NCBI GenBank assembly: GCA_965644295.1
Contig: CBFFRP010000324.1
Coordinates: forward strand, 288,261-352,260
Direction of reading: 5' to 3'
Length of the DNA stretch: 64,000 nt
Source: Paraphysomonas bandaiensis
Lineage: Eukaryota > Protista > Chrysophyceae
Positions 23,926 to 36,233 of this stretch are shown piece after piece. The notes beneath the pieces were generated by a model. It was given only the letters and a program-made list of their open reading frames with translations. It made no database searches and was not told the DNA's origin. Made by a program: the position numbers and the translations under genes. Numbering within the stretch: the first letter of the stretch is position 1; each line of letters starts with the position of its first letter.

Positions 23926-25162
23926 AACGGAGTAGATACTCTAGTATAAGATAGGTGTAACGTGACGTGTATTGGTTGTGTGATGGATATAATATGTTGC
24001 ACTGAGTGAGTACTCGAGTATAAGATATGTGTGACGTGTATTGGTTGAGTGGTGGACATGTTGAACTGAGCGAATACTCGAATATAAGATATGTGTGACG
24101 TTACGTGTATTGGTTATATGTGATGCCTATATGTTGTACAGTTATTCTGCTATGTATGTTCTCTCGTTGAGCTGAGTGAATACTCTAGTATGCTCAGGTT
24201 TTACCGCCGAGCGATAGTAGCGTATGGCTTGTATTGGTTGAGTGATGGAAATATTGAACGTAGTGAATACTCTAGCATAGGATTTGTGTGACGCGACGTG
24301 TATTGGTGTTTTATGATGGCTATTAGTAGTAGTATTAGGGCATTCAACGTAGTTACTGGTTAAAGGAAACGTGCTGTTGGTGTGTCCTATAGGACCTAAA
24401 TATTAATAAAAATAATTATTAACACTATACTATTGCATTCAAGCACTTTTAGAACCATTCTACAACAATTCTTAAAAGTCTAGTAAAATCTACTAGAATT
24501 TCCCAAATTTCTGAAAATTTCCCACGTTTGCATATTGTTTACTTGTTGCATCAAGTGATTTTGCTAGAAGTTCTTCCCACAAATAGATAAAAAAAAACGG
24601 CGTGTGGCGCATGTGAACATTTAGATTAAAGTTAGCAACAATTTGACGAAAATACATGATCCATAAACAACAGGAAAGGTTATTTTTCGAACAGGAAATA
24701 TTTCAGGGACGCTGTGTAGCAATGTAGTAATAGACTCATGAACACAACTAAACGGATACCGTATATTGTTATCGCAAGCAAGTTTAGCTCACACAGGAGC
24801 CACTTTTTGGACTGTAAACTCCTATGAGGCGGCAGCTAAGTCAGCAATGAAAGACAGAATTGACGTGGCAGGCGATTACACATCGTATCGAAATCGACTT
24901 AATGTCTTGCAACCTTTACAATAACCTGGCTTTAAAAGACTAATACTAATACCAAGAAACCCGTTTTCGACTATTCTATTGGCAAACAGAAATTATTATG
25001 ATATCCTTTACAAAATCAAACCCAGGGAATACTATTTACCAAACTATCCGCCAACAATTAAAAAGAGATAACCATGCATATGGATATTCCAAATAAGTGC
25101 GGGTATTGTCGTTCAACATATATATTTACACTTGTATCTTACATCTGTATATGAAATTCAAT

Positions 25163-28100
25163 CTAAACATCATAGAGCAAAAATATTGGAGTGTAAGTGT
25201 GAAAATTAATTTCATCAAACAATTCGTGGACACCTTGCGCAGTGTTCGCAATAAAAGACAAAACAGTCCCATTCCCCCCAGACAACTCTGGGTGAGATTT
25301 AGCAGCATACGACATGTACTGCTGCTTATCATTCCAGGGGGATGTAATAACGGGACCTGGAGAGCATCTCCATGGGCCTTCAATAGAGAAAGATCGGCAC
25401 AGTGTAATGAAATCATCATTCATTTCTAGGGTGGTAACGACCCAACTCATTGAGTTGTGGTCAAAATGAAGGCTAGCTTCGGACACACCTCCAGGTAAAG
25501 CCGCCAATCGATGGTAGTCGATAGACGTCGTGAGTTGACTGGGATTAGCCCAGGAATCAGGGGATGAGGGAACAAGAACCTGCATGGTTTCAACATTTCC
25601 GTGGAGTAGATCCATGGCAGGAATTCTACCAATTATTCGAACCTTACGATCACTTGTAAGAGAGTTTAAATCAAAAGAATCGTCATTAATGGATGAGTCA
25701 TAGGTCCCTAGGAGAAAGATATAGTCGTTACTGTCGGCGTAAAGGCGACCGTTGCTCTGAGCCATGTAGATCCTACGCAATCAACAATTATACCAGCAAG
25801 TAGAGCACTATACAACGCACCATCGCACTTTTCCTGTGGCCAGTAGACCTGTAGAAAATTTGAGTGGATGCACCACAGTATGCCACATGTCAGGCGGGTC
25901 CTTAGGATTTTCTACGACAACCGCAACAGAAGCCAATTCAGTGAATGACAAAATTCCAGCAGCCTTCTCAAGAGGATCACCCGGGTTGCGGGATAGTGAT
26001 TTCACTTGCTGACCAACCACGACGACCTTTACAGAGGGATCATTCCATCCAGCATCTTTATCAACTACAGAAAGACCGGACATTGGCCAAAACTTCTCCG
26101 ACGGAGAGCTATCTGAAAATATTGGTGCTGGCATTCCGTCAGTTTCAGATTTCCAATAGAACGAGGATCTTTGGATCACACCATTTGAATTCATACCGGT
26201 CCTGATATCAACAATGGCAACAGAATTGGAAATAATTTGAGCCTCCAGTCTCCTAAAACGTGATGAGAAATACAAGGATAAACTTCAACAAAAATAAAGT
26301 CATACCTTGTCGCCGTTGAAGTACCAATAAATGTATCACCAAATAGCCATATGTATCTTGATCCTTCACACTTGGAATTGTTACGTTGTTGAGATTCAAG
26401 ATGCCTGATATCAGGCAAACAGAAGCTCGATGCAACATCTCCACCTAGCCATCCAAATCTTTGAGGGCGAAATTTTAAATCTAATTGAGGAAGCGGTCGA
26501 TATTCTTGACCTGGAAACTGAGAACTACGAATGGTTGTATTTGAAGTATCCCGATATCCGTTCATAATAGCATCATATTTTATATCCTCAAAACGAAGAA
26601 TTTCATTGTACTTCAGGCTCGATATTACGGACAGCGTGTGCACAGCAGCATCTCCCCATGCTTCCATTCCTTCAGCACGCGAGGAAATATTCTTAAATAT
26701 AGATGACTGCCACACGCTAATGTGGCTTATTTCAAAGTTCGTAAACACTACAACCCCGGCAGGCCACGTACTTAGGAGATCCGAACAACTAGAAGATTCA
26801 TCGCATAATAGTCTGGCGTAATCCCAAAGTCTAACTGTACAGGCAGGATCATCCTTAACAACTGAACGAAAGCCATACCTAGCCCCTCGTTTCTTCAGTT
26901 TATCGAACACATCATACCCTATAGGCTGGAACAGTTTAGAATTATCAGCGAATCGGAAAAACCAATCATAGCCCATGTCATGCAATTTCAACGCTGCCGA
27001 TTTCATCAAAAACACAGAAGCAGCGGCCACTTCAATATCTTTTCCCCCACATTTATTTGTCAGGCGTCTCTTCGCTGCAGATGCGAATGGACTCAGATCA
27101 ACTGGCACCAACGTCACCAACGATGATGCCCTGGCGTCAAGTTGAATATTTTTAAAGTGCCATATCATTGTTGAATTTAAGCTTGACGGAATGAAAATAA
27201 CAATGGGACAATGATGGGCTTTCGCGTAATTGTCCACAAAGCTAGTCACTGTACTCGCTAAAATATTTAATCGATCTCTATGACCAAATGTATACAGTAC
27301 TCCCGTACTACTATTCAGTGCTCTCTTTCTATTTCTGCTAACAATCATACTGCGAGCATGTCGCTCACTCCTATCACTCTTCCCACCACTGAACACGTGC
27401 TGTGGTTCCACGACAGGTTGTGGTTCTATTCTAAATTTTAACGAGGTAGTATTGGCAGTTACTCCCCACAATGGGGACAGAACTCCACCGGATAAAGATG
27501 TTGATGTCTTTTGTGTCGAATTCAATAGTGACTGATTTCCACAGGTCCACTGGTTATAGTAGGCGCATCCGTCAACACGATGCAGGAACGGGTGCTGGCC
27601 CGGCATGGGAAGCCCCCCTGGTTTCTGACCGGCGAACGGTGGGTGGCTGTACGCGATATCTCCAAACACATGTACAGCTGAGGATGGAATGCCAAGGAGT
27701 ACAAATATAGTATGAAGCGGTGCATCGCCCCACCTGTGAGTGTACACTCTCCCCGACTTATCCACCGAGTCAAAAAATGCACGCCAAAGTGGGCTACGCC
27801 ATATGGAAGCCCGACTGATTTCGAAATTGTTGTAAACTACTTTTCCCTCTTCCCAGTGATTAAAAAACAAATCAACGTTCTTAGGATTAATGTAAATTCC
27901 AGAATTCACAGCTTCCTTTATGAAAGTATAGGAGTGATTCCAGAGGCCTTGGACACATCCGGGGTCGTCCGGAACAACATTAACAAAGCCGTAGCTCATG
28001 TTATTCACTCGCATAAAACGAAATAAGTCGTAACCTATAGGAGCAGAAAATCTACTATCATCGTCCAATCTGAGAATATACTCCACATCGCTGTAGCCAT

Positions 28101-29424
28101 TATCCGGGTCAAAAAGGTACGCGTGTATCCCCGCTGCATGGAACATGACCATATGGCGATAACCTAGAGTGCTGCTGCCAGGTGAGCAATGAGGGACAAT
28201 ATCTGGAATAACAACCTCATTGAGGTGAGGCGGAGTACGTAGACGAATTGAAATAAATCGCAACGGCATATCTGGAACGGCAGATTGTAAAGTATCCTTA
28301 TCTGCTGGAAGGAGGTCATCGTGGAATACCAATATATCGTACAGTGGAAACTGTCTATAAAAAGAACGATAGAGGGACCTGAGGGCACCACGCATCATCG
28401 ATACTCTGCCCCTATGGGTGAGAAAGTATATTACAGCTCTAACAGGTTCGTGCCACGTCGGTGTCACGATAGGCGGACGAAAGGAAGCATGGTTAATACG
28501 CGAAGGAGACTTTACGCTTCTTGATTCAAAGAACGACCCCGCATTGATGAAGGAATACTCAACTGCAACAGGAGGCCTCCCATTCAGACACGGCTGCAAA
28601 TTGACCTCTCGGCTAAAGGCAAGGAATCCATGCCGCATCATCCCTAAGAAAAATTCGGCTGTCGACTCTACAGATTCGTAGTGCAGTTCTATCAGGAGCT
28701 GACCGAAGGGAAACAAACCACTACGCCCATTGGCCCGAGAAAGTAGCTCTCTGAACACAGCCCACTCAGCCCCTTCAATATCCACCTTAAGTACATCAAT
28801 GTACGAATGATTCAGCCTATTCATGGCATCATATAAGTGCTCCACCAACATGAAGTTGTCGGTGGACCCGCTCGAGTTCCAGAGCCCCATCTTGTGGAAA
28901 GTAATGGACTCGCCTGCACTTTTCATTTCTCCAATGGTAGGATCGAAGGCAAATACTTTACACCCTGCAACAGATGATAGTTCCTGCTCAAAAGTAGAGT
29001 CTGTGCTGACTCCATAGCTGTATACTATACATTTCTCATCCTCATTTTGTCGATTCATGCCTAGCCAGCTCAATCCGCAAATCCACTTTCCTCCGTCCCC
29101 CACACTACCCACTCTCTGGATATCTGGGCAAGATAGTTCAGGTGGAAATAAATCCCATATGTTAACACTCGCATCTTTCGCAAAAGGAGAGAAAGAAGTC
29201 ACATTAACTGCTTTTAAGTTTCTAGTAAATGCTGGTGTTCTCGATTGCATCTGAGCATTGATCCAGTTATAAGAAGACCCATCAGGAGATTCTATACTAC
29301 TGGAGTAGGGAAATGTGAAGGAGGGAATACTGCTGAGTCCTACAGTTGCCCAGTATCCATTGTATAGTAAGAAACAGAGGAGAAGTATGCAGAGTGATGT
29401 GTATAGTTTGAATAGTCCGGTCAT
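25163..29424 (-). CDS. Membrane-anchored multidomain glycan-modifying protein: METTL24/FkbM-like methyltransferase + GT15 (KRE2-type) + degenerate GT15 + DUF4185-like propeller; 3 exons, ~1,385 aa
   Basis: N-terminal TM helix. Methyltransf_22 motifs RVGSVGDGGKWIC, VYSYGV and IDVLKVDIEGAEW. GT15 motifs YRHM, LRLDDDS, YNNFEIS and RWGDAPLH; second copy FTNFEIS and WGDAAVH. DUF4185-like WLFGDTFIG..SNSVA and SYAAKSHPEL. Introns near 26252-26304 and 25773-25820 join the three ORFs in frame. Confidence 0.8.
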
Positions 29425-30173
29425 TGTCTATAGATTCATATATAGTGATATGATCATATGATTAGATGGATAATTGTTTGAAGTGATGACACTTATTGTG
29501 ATTCATCGTGTTACATGTTGTTGATAGAGTCATATAAGGTGACACGATCGCTCTATGGTGTGTGTTGGGATGTGGTTGATAGTCCCCAAGTCTTAACATC
29601 CATCCATACATGTATATATATATGTATATATACGATGATATGAGAAGGTGCATATGTATACAGCTCCATCCTACACTGCTGTGTAGATCCCTAGACACAC
29701 ACACCATACACCAGTACATGCCTACCATATGCTGTATAATGCACTCTATACGAGGTATACGTACTGTACTGGACATACTTCTAGACTTGTATGCATTCAG
29801 TGATGTGCAAAATACACACAGTGTATACGGCTGTATACCTACATATCGTACTGCTTTTTTTTGCGTTACAAAATTCAATGTATGTGGATGGGTATGTACA
29901 TGTACAGCAGTACGGTTTGTATGGTATACTCCAACAGTACATCTAATCCCACATACAGGAGTATATATACATATAGACTCTGTATATGTTTACATATGTA
30001 AGTACAGTCCAGCAGTACATGTATGTACAGCAGTACATACATATATACACACAGGACTGCTATTTCAAATGCTGCTAGGAGGTCAGTTAGTTACAGTACA
30101 GCCCACTCCCTCATTAAACTCACTTCACATATACGGAACTACATACTCATAACAGTATAATATATTCAATAAA
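29425..30173. promoter_or_regulatory. Bidirectional promoter region with a GTAT/ATAC/ACAT-rich low-complexity tract
   Basis: Lies between divergent start codons. The same composition recurs at 13190-13670, 35800-36230, 44440-44980 and 48430-49200. Confidence 0.65.
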
Positions 30174-33000
30174 ATGAGTTCCAAACCAGACGAGAGTGTG
30201 AAAGTGGTGGTAAGGATACGTCCTATGAGTGGGGAGGAGAACAGGAATGGAAATCAAGTGTAAGACAATTCAATCTCATTCTATTCCTATATAACACATA
30301 TACAGAGCCGCTGAAGCCTTTCCTGATCGTGGTCTTATTACAGTAAAGAATCCGAAGTCGAATGATAGAGAGCCTCCAAAAAACTTTACATTTGATGCTG
30401 TATTTGGTCCCAATACATTACAGAAAGATATATATAATATATGCGCCGCAAGTGTAGTAGAAAGTGTTTTAGGTGGATATAATGGTACTATATTTGCATA
30501 TGGGCAGGTGTGTATATGTATTATTGCGTTGACTGCATCTCATGTGTTGATTTGTGAATGTCTATACAGACCGGGGCGGGAAAAACGCACACCATGGAGG
30601 GCCGACCGGATCCCCCTGAACTCAGGGGAATCATCCCGAATTCTTTTCAACACATATTTGATTATGTATCAGCCGCGGACAGTGTTCAATTTTTGGTACG
30701 GGCATCGTATTTAGAGATATACAACGAAGAGATTCGAGGTCCAAGCACTATCATCCGAACGCCTTTTCTAACTTCATTTACACAGATCTTCTTTCGAAAG
30801 ACCCTAAGAACAAGCTGGAGCTTAAAGAAAATGTAGAAACTGGCGTATATGTGAAGGATTTGACGTCTTTTGTTGTAAAAAATGCAACTGGTGAGTGTTT
30901 GCTCTCAGTTTTCTTTAGTTTACTGACGTGGATATCACAGAGATCGATCACGTGATGCAGGCGGGAAAGAAAAACAGATCTGTGGGGGCAACTCTCATGA
31001 ATCAAACGTCGTCGCGGTCCCACTCGATCTTCACTATTGTTGTGGAATGCGCTGAAAGCGATGAGCGCGGTGACCATATTAGGGTCGGCAAGCTGAACTT
31101 GGTAGATCTTGCCGGTAGCGAAAGGCAGGGCAAGGTTCGGATCCCCATGCTGACATATTTTACGCAAATTTTATTCACTGTGCTTGCAGACTGGAGCTAC
31201 AGGAGACCGATTAAAGGAGGCGACCAAGATCAACCTTTCACTAGCGGCCTTGGGAAATGTCATCTCGGCACTGGTGGATGGTCGGTCTCAGCATATCCCT
31301 TACAGAGACTCTAAATTGACCAGGCTTTTGCAAAACTCTTTGGGTGGTAATGCGAAAACTGTTATGTGTGCTAACTGTGGTCCAGCGGATTATAACTACG
31401 ACGAAACACTGTCAACATTGCGATATGCCAATCGTGCGAAGAATATTAAAAATAAGCCCAAAATTAATGAAGACCCCAAAGACGCGATGTTAAGGGAGTT
31501 TCAGGATGAGATTAAGCGCCTAAAGGAGCAGCTAGAAGCAACCCAACGCGGCGTTATGATTGACGCCGACGGAAAAGAAATTTCAGTGGGAAATGCGCGA
31601 CAAGACATTGTTGAGAAGATTGTTGAGCGTGAGGTAGTCAAGGAAGTGCGTGTGGGTGTGTCAGAGGAGGAGATGGAAGAGATCAACCGCAAGGCAGCCC
31701 AAGAAAAGGAAATGCTTATGAAACAAGCTCAACAAGACATGAAGGCGCTCATTGAGCAGCAAAGCCGCACCGCACAAGAGAGAGAGGAGCTTCAGGCCGC
31801 CTTCTCTAAGGAGGCTGAGGATAGGAAGAAGTTGGAGGAACAGAAGTCTAGCCTCAACGCCAAGCTAAAGGTGCGGCTTATGTGGAACATGTTGCGTTGC
31901 AGTGATGCTCTAATGCTTGTTTTAGCAAATGGAGGAAAAGTTAATCAAAGGTGGTGAGATGATATCCAAGGCGTCCAAGCAGGAAGCAATGCTGCGAAAG
32001 GCCGAAATTGAGCTGCGCAACCGTGCAATTCAGGAGGCTAAGTTGGCACATGACCTGGCGGAGAAGGAGGAAATGAACCTACAGCTGGAGGAGCACTTCA
32101 GTAGTCTACAAGAGGAGGTAGAAGTAAAAACAAAAAAGCTGAAAAAGCTCTGGGGCAAGTACCAAGCAGCTACCAGGGAGGCGCAAGACTTGCAAGAGGA
32201 GTTTCAGGTACGACTGGCTCTTGCTTGATTGAGTATCTAAATGCGAATACCCAGACTGAACGCAGCGATATGCTCGATACAATCCGGCAGCTCTCTCGTA
32301 CATTGAAGCTTAAGGACTTGATTATCCAGAACTTTATTCCTGAGGAAACTGCGAAGTCGATTGAAAAGCGTGCGATGTGGAAGGAAGATGAGGATGTTTG
32401 GAGCATACCGGTGAGTCTAAATTCTGATGCTGTGTCCTCCATCTGACCGCCAATATTCTCTTCAATAGCAACTGGAATTTGCTGGCAATAAAGTTCGATC
32501 TAGTCGTCCCATATCGAGCACTAAGTTACGACGTCCAGAAACCGAGTACAGTCGCCACAGGTAGGAGCTGGCCTGCTTTATACATGTTATGACAGGTTTG
32601 ACAGAAAGCAATATGACGGAAACCCCCGGTATAAATATGACAACATTGTGCAAACTGAGTTGGATATGCCAGAGCGCACCACTCAAGTACGTCTTATATG
32701 GTAATAGTATCTGCGTAACTACTGTGACAGGAGTTTGAGGGACCGAATATGGTGTCTCGGGTAGATAACATACTGGCCGCATCAATACACGATGATGCTG
32801 ACGATGATGTATCGTTCTCTGTGGCCGACACTGCACCAGCCAACCCTTATCTACACTATACGGCTGATGGTGGGGAATCTATTGCTAAGAATGACGAGTC
32901 TGATCGCCGATCAGAAAAATCTCAACGTCCTAAAAGTGGCCGGAAGAGCAGCTCTAAAGATGGAAGGCCCAAGAGTGCAGCCAGAAAGCGCAACAATTAA
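30174..33000 (+). CDS. KIF3: Kinesin-2 motor subunit (KIF3/FLA10-like), multi-exon
   Basis: [22 protein letters not shown]|[39 protein letters not shown], kinesin-2 neck [18 protein letters not shown], coiled coil and a [16 protein letters not shown] tail. Confidence 0.93.
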
Positions 33001-33692
33001 TGCGGTGTGAATAGACTTTAGATTCGGTGTTAGTTAATGCACCCTTCTTGGTCGTGTAATATGTACTGGCGTGTGATGCAGATGTATATGCCGGTTTAAG
33101 TTTAGGTACTATCTCTCACATTGTGATAGTTACATTTCCAAGGATATTGAAAATCTTATAAATAATGGTAATATTACTTGCACGTTAAAAGCTGTTACGT
33201 AACTATGATGTGATGAGCAAGAAGTAGATTCATGAAAAATATGGAAAAAATTACGATATTGTAAAGTTACACTCAATAAAAAGCTACTTATTAGCAACTC
33301 GTATTCACATGTACTCGTATCACGTATTAGTACACATGTAAGCTCACATTCATAAATTGTTGATCACGAAAAAGTATATATCATACAGAGTGCAATAGAC
33401 TTGCAGCTTGTAAGAGTCAGAACTAATTTAGCATTGCAATATATATCATACAACTGAATATACATATGACAGCATTAAGATCACGACCAACTTGTAGCAT
33501 TGCGGCATTGGCGATTAAGAAAGCATATACAATAATGATATCATCGCCTCTGGCTGCTCAAAATGGCATATATATCATTTCTAGATTAGCAAATATGGTA
33601 ATATGTAATATTATATAGACAAGTTTAATTATCAAAAGTCGTGCACATCTATGGTCTATAAAAAGTTAAAATCTTTTTCACATATATCACCA

Positions 33693-35796
33693 CTAAATAA
33701 CTGTATTACGCTGATACGTCTTCTTACGTATTCGTTTTTCGTTTCCCTACTAACACTCCTGCTTCACCTCCAATGCGAACGTATAGTCGTAAAGCTTCCA
33801 GTGCAATAAATATTCCTGGTATCAAAACCATTATTATGAGATGCAAACGGCTCTATGATACTTACTGTCATAAAAAGCTGTTATCGGAAAGAGTGGCAAC
33901 TTGCATTGTATACCCTCCCTCTGAGATAGAAAGTGGTTTCTTTCGGCCCACTGCAATACACCCAATTCGCTTCCATCAGTAGTATCCTCGTCCTTCCGGT
34001 CAAGGACATTGGCAAATGTGTGTTGTACACTGAGATACCGCACATCACTACCTAAACTATTGGACGACTTCGAATTCAGTTTTTGTGGTGCGTGTCTGTT
34101 TTTCATCAGCAGAGAGGGCACGGCAGAGTACGCCATTGACACAGAATGACAGAGCTCATTCAGTGAAGACAATAAAGCGGTCGAATATAAGTTCGAATGT
34201 CCTCTACATATTGAATCCAGCATGTCGTTACCAATACTAGCAGCAATATCAAACAATAGTCCTTTCCGAGCTTCTAATTTCCTATACACAAAATCGCCTC
34301 TAGCAACAGCAGGAACATGCTCCGCGACGTGCTCTCCAATAGCCCCCCACAGTGATACGCACGCCAATTCAATCATACCACCACCAACTGCAAATACACC
34401 AGCTTCTGCATCTCCTGTGCAGTAGGGGCGGCAGCAAGATGATATACCCCTCAGACATCGCACGAGTAAACGCCTGTACATACCACTCACAGCTGCAGAC
34501 CCGCTGCCACGTAAAACGATCTGGCCAGGCAAATTGCTCATGCTAGTCACATTATCGCTACACGATGTGATGCCAGTCACGCGCAGCATTGTGTCTCCTT
34601 TTCCGAGACGAACCTGCTCCAACCCCATTAGCCTCCCAAACCGTAGCCCGCGATCCAATTCCACAACACTATTTTTGACGGATAACAAATGATCCTTCAG
34701 ATCACGGGGAGAAGCATAAAGAGATATTGATGAGCGATTGCAAAGCAACTGCAGTTGAGCCTCTGGGATGCAGTCAACCTAAAAATATCTATCAGTCAAA
34801 TATACGATATGATATATTAACGCACAATAGTAATAGAAAGCTGACCAGCGAGGAGTAGCAACGCATCTCCTGCAGCCTCCCCACAAAAAACTACTACCAC
34901 TCCACCTTTGCTGAAAACGTCCCGTATAATATAAAGGGCCTCTGCAGCCCCTGACAGACCTATGTTCATACCAGAAGACAGAGAAGTAAGAGAAGGTACT
35001 GATAATACAGGAGTGATGTCATCGTCCCCATTCGCTGCCAATAGACTAGACATACAAACAAAAGGCAATCGGTGGCCAGAGGATATGCGAAAAGAGTCTC
35101 GGCAACGGCCCTCAAGAAATATATGGCTGGCAGGAACGACGTAGGACTCTCCCAAGCAACCGGCAGCAGACGACAGGACCAGGTTGTCAAAGTTTGAAAC
35201 CGCATACTCTATAAACTCTAGCTGCGTGGTTGGGTTCATGCATCCCCATTTACTAGCCTCCAACCATTTCATCTACAGATCTATTAACTAACACAAATAA
35301 GTATAATAAGAACACATACTATTACGTAAGTGAGCTTCTCGGCCACATCAACGCTAGCAGCAGGAGTCAGTATCTGCAAGCACACACTCTCAACTGCATC
35401 TTGCAATCTATTTACATGTCTGCATACACCAGATTGCAATAAAAATCTATCAATTCGTTCTCTGGCCATATGTATAGCTCTTATAAGCACAGACAAAGAG
35501 TCTAACATATGTCTACGATAGTGAATAGAGGATCCGGATGATCCACAGGTAACTACACAATTCTTCAGTAGTGAATCTAACATGAGTATAAGAGACATTG
35601 TCCCATCACCATATATATCAGCATGTGTTGTACACATACGGATTAACGTGTTAGTTAGTATGTTAGTAGTAAGAGATGAGCCGATCAGTTGTTGACAGTC
35701 TTTAGTTACAATAATAGAGCCTCCTGTACCATACAACACCTTCGATCGACCATGAGGGCCGAAACTACTCATAACTGACTCGTTTTGTAGTAACAT
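33693..35796 (-). CDS. Divergent chaperonin-like Bardet-Biedl protein (BBS10-like), 4 exons
   Basis: SSFGPHGRSK, IIVTKD, YGDGT, GGGMIE and terminal ALEALRLYVRIG: group II chaperonin equatorial motifs, degenerate as in BBS6/10/12. Confidence 0.7.
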
Positions 35797-36233
35797 GAGG
35801 CTGTTAATTACATAATATATAATAGAATATGCGCCTATTGGTATGGATGTCCATGTACAGACTATTCATATATAAGCAACAACAATGCTGTACATACCTG
35901 AATACTGAATACTGAAAATAGTTTGAATGAAGGAAACTGAAAAAAGTCAGTCGACATACACCGCCTCAAGATACCAAACTCCAAACATCAATTTTTTCAC
36001 AACATCACTACACACATGCATCTATTGAAAAGCTCCCTTATCAATATGGATGTATATGTATGTATCTCCCCATCATCTCTGTGTGTGTATCTTGTATACA
36101 CATGTGTATTGTATACATATATAATCACTGTATGATTTCTATGCAACTATTTCTATAACATTGCCATACTATACACCACACTCCTGGTTATTTCGATACT
36201 ACTCATCGAATTTATTGTCAGGCAAAAAGAAAA

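Larger units (their letters stand above)
20122..24544. mobile_element. ~4.4-kb degenerate/non-autonomous TIR DNA transposon
   Basis: Perfect terminal inverted repeats AAGTAAACAATATGCAAACGTGGGAAA (from 20122) and TTTCCCACGTTTGCATATTGTTTACTT (ending 24544), with GTT on both flanks as a possible 3-bp TSD. The interior has broken minus-strand ORFs and tandem repeats. Confidence 0.8.

Noticed and set aside
24740-24925. Short open stretch (..ASLAHTGATFWTVNSYEAAAK..) right of the TIR element
   Set aside because: Too short, with no start or splice context and no recognisable motif.
29462-30152. ORFs of 60-180 aa rich in Y/I/C/H/V/M over promoter tracts and microsatellites (also 6603-6937, 15515-15890, 39887-40490, 44529-44850, 48775-49130)
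   Set aside because: Artefacts of low-complexity, stop-poor purine-pyrimidine repeats.
30739-31189. Weak donors (GTCCAA, GTTCGG) in kinesin introns as non-canonical splicing
   Set aside because: They are still GT-AG introns of normal length that restore conserved motifs.
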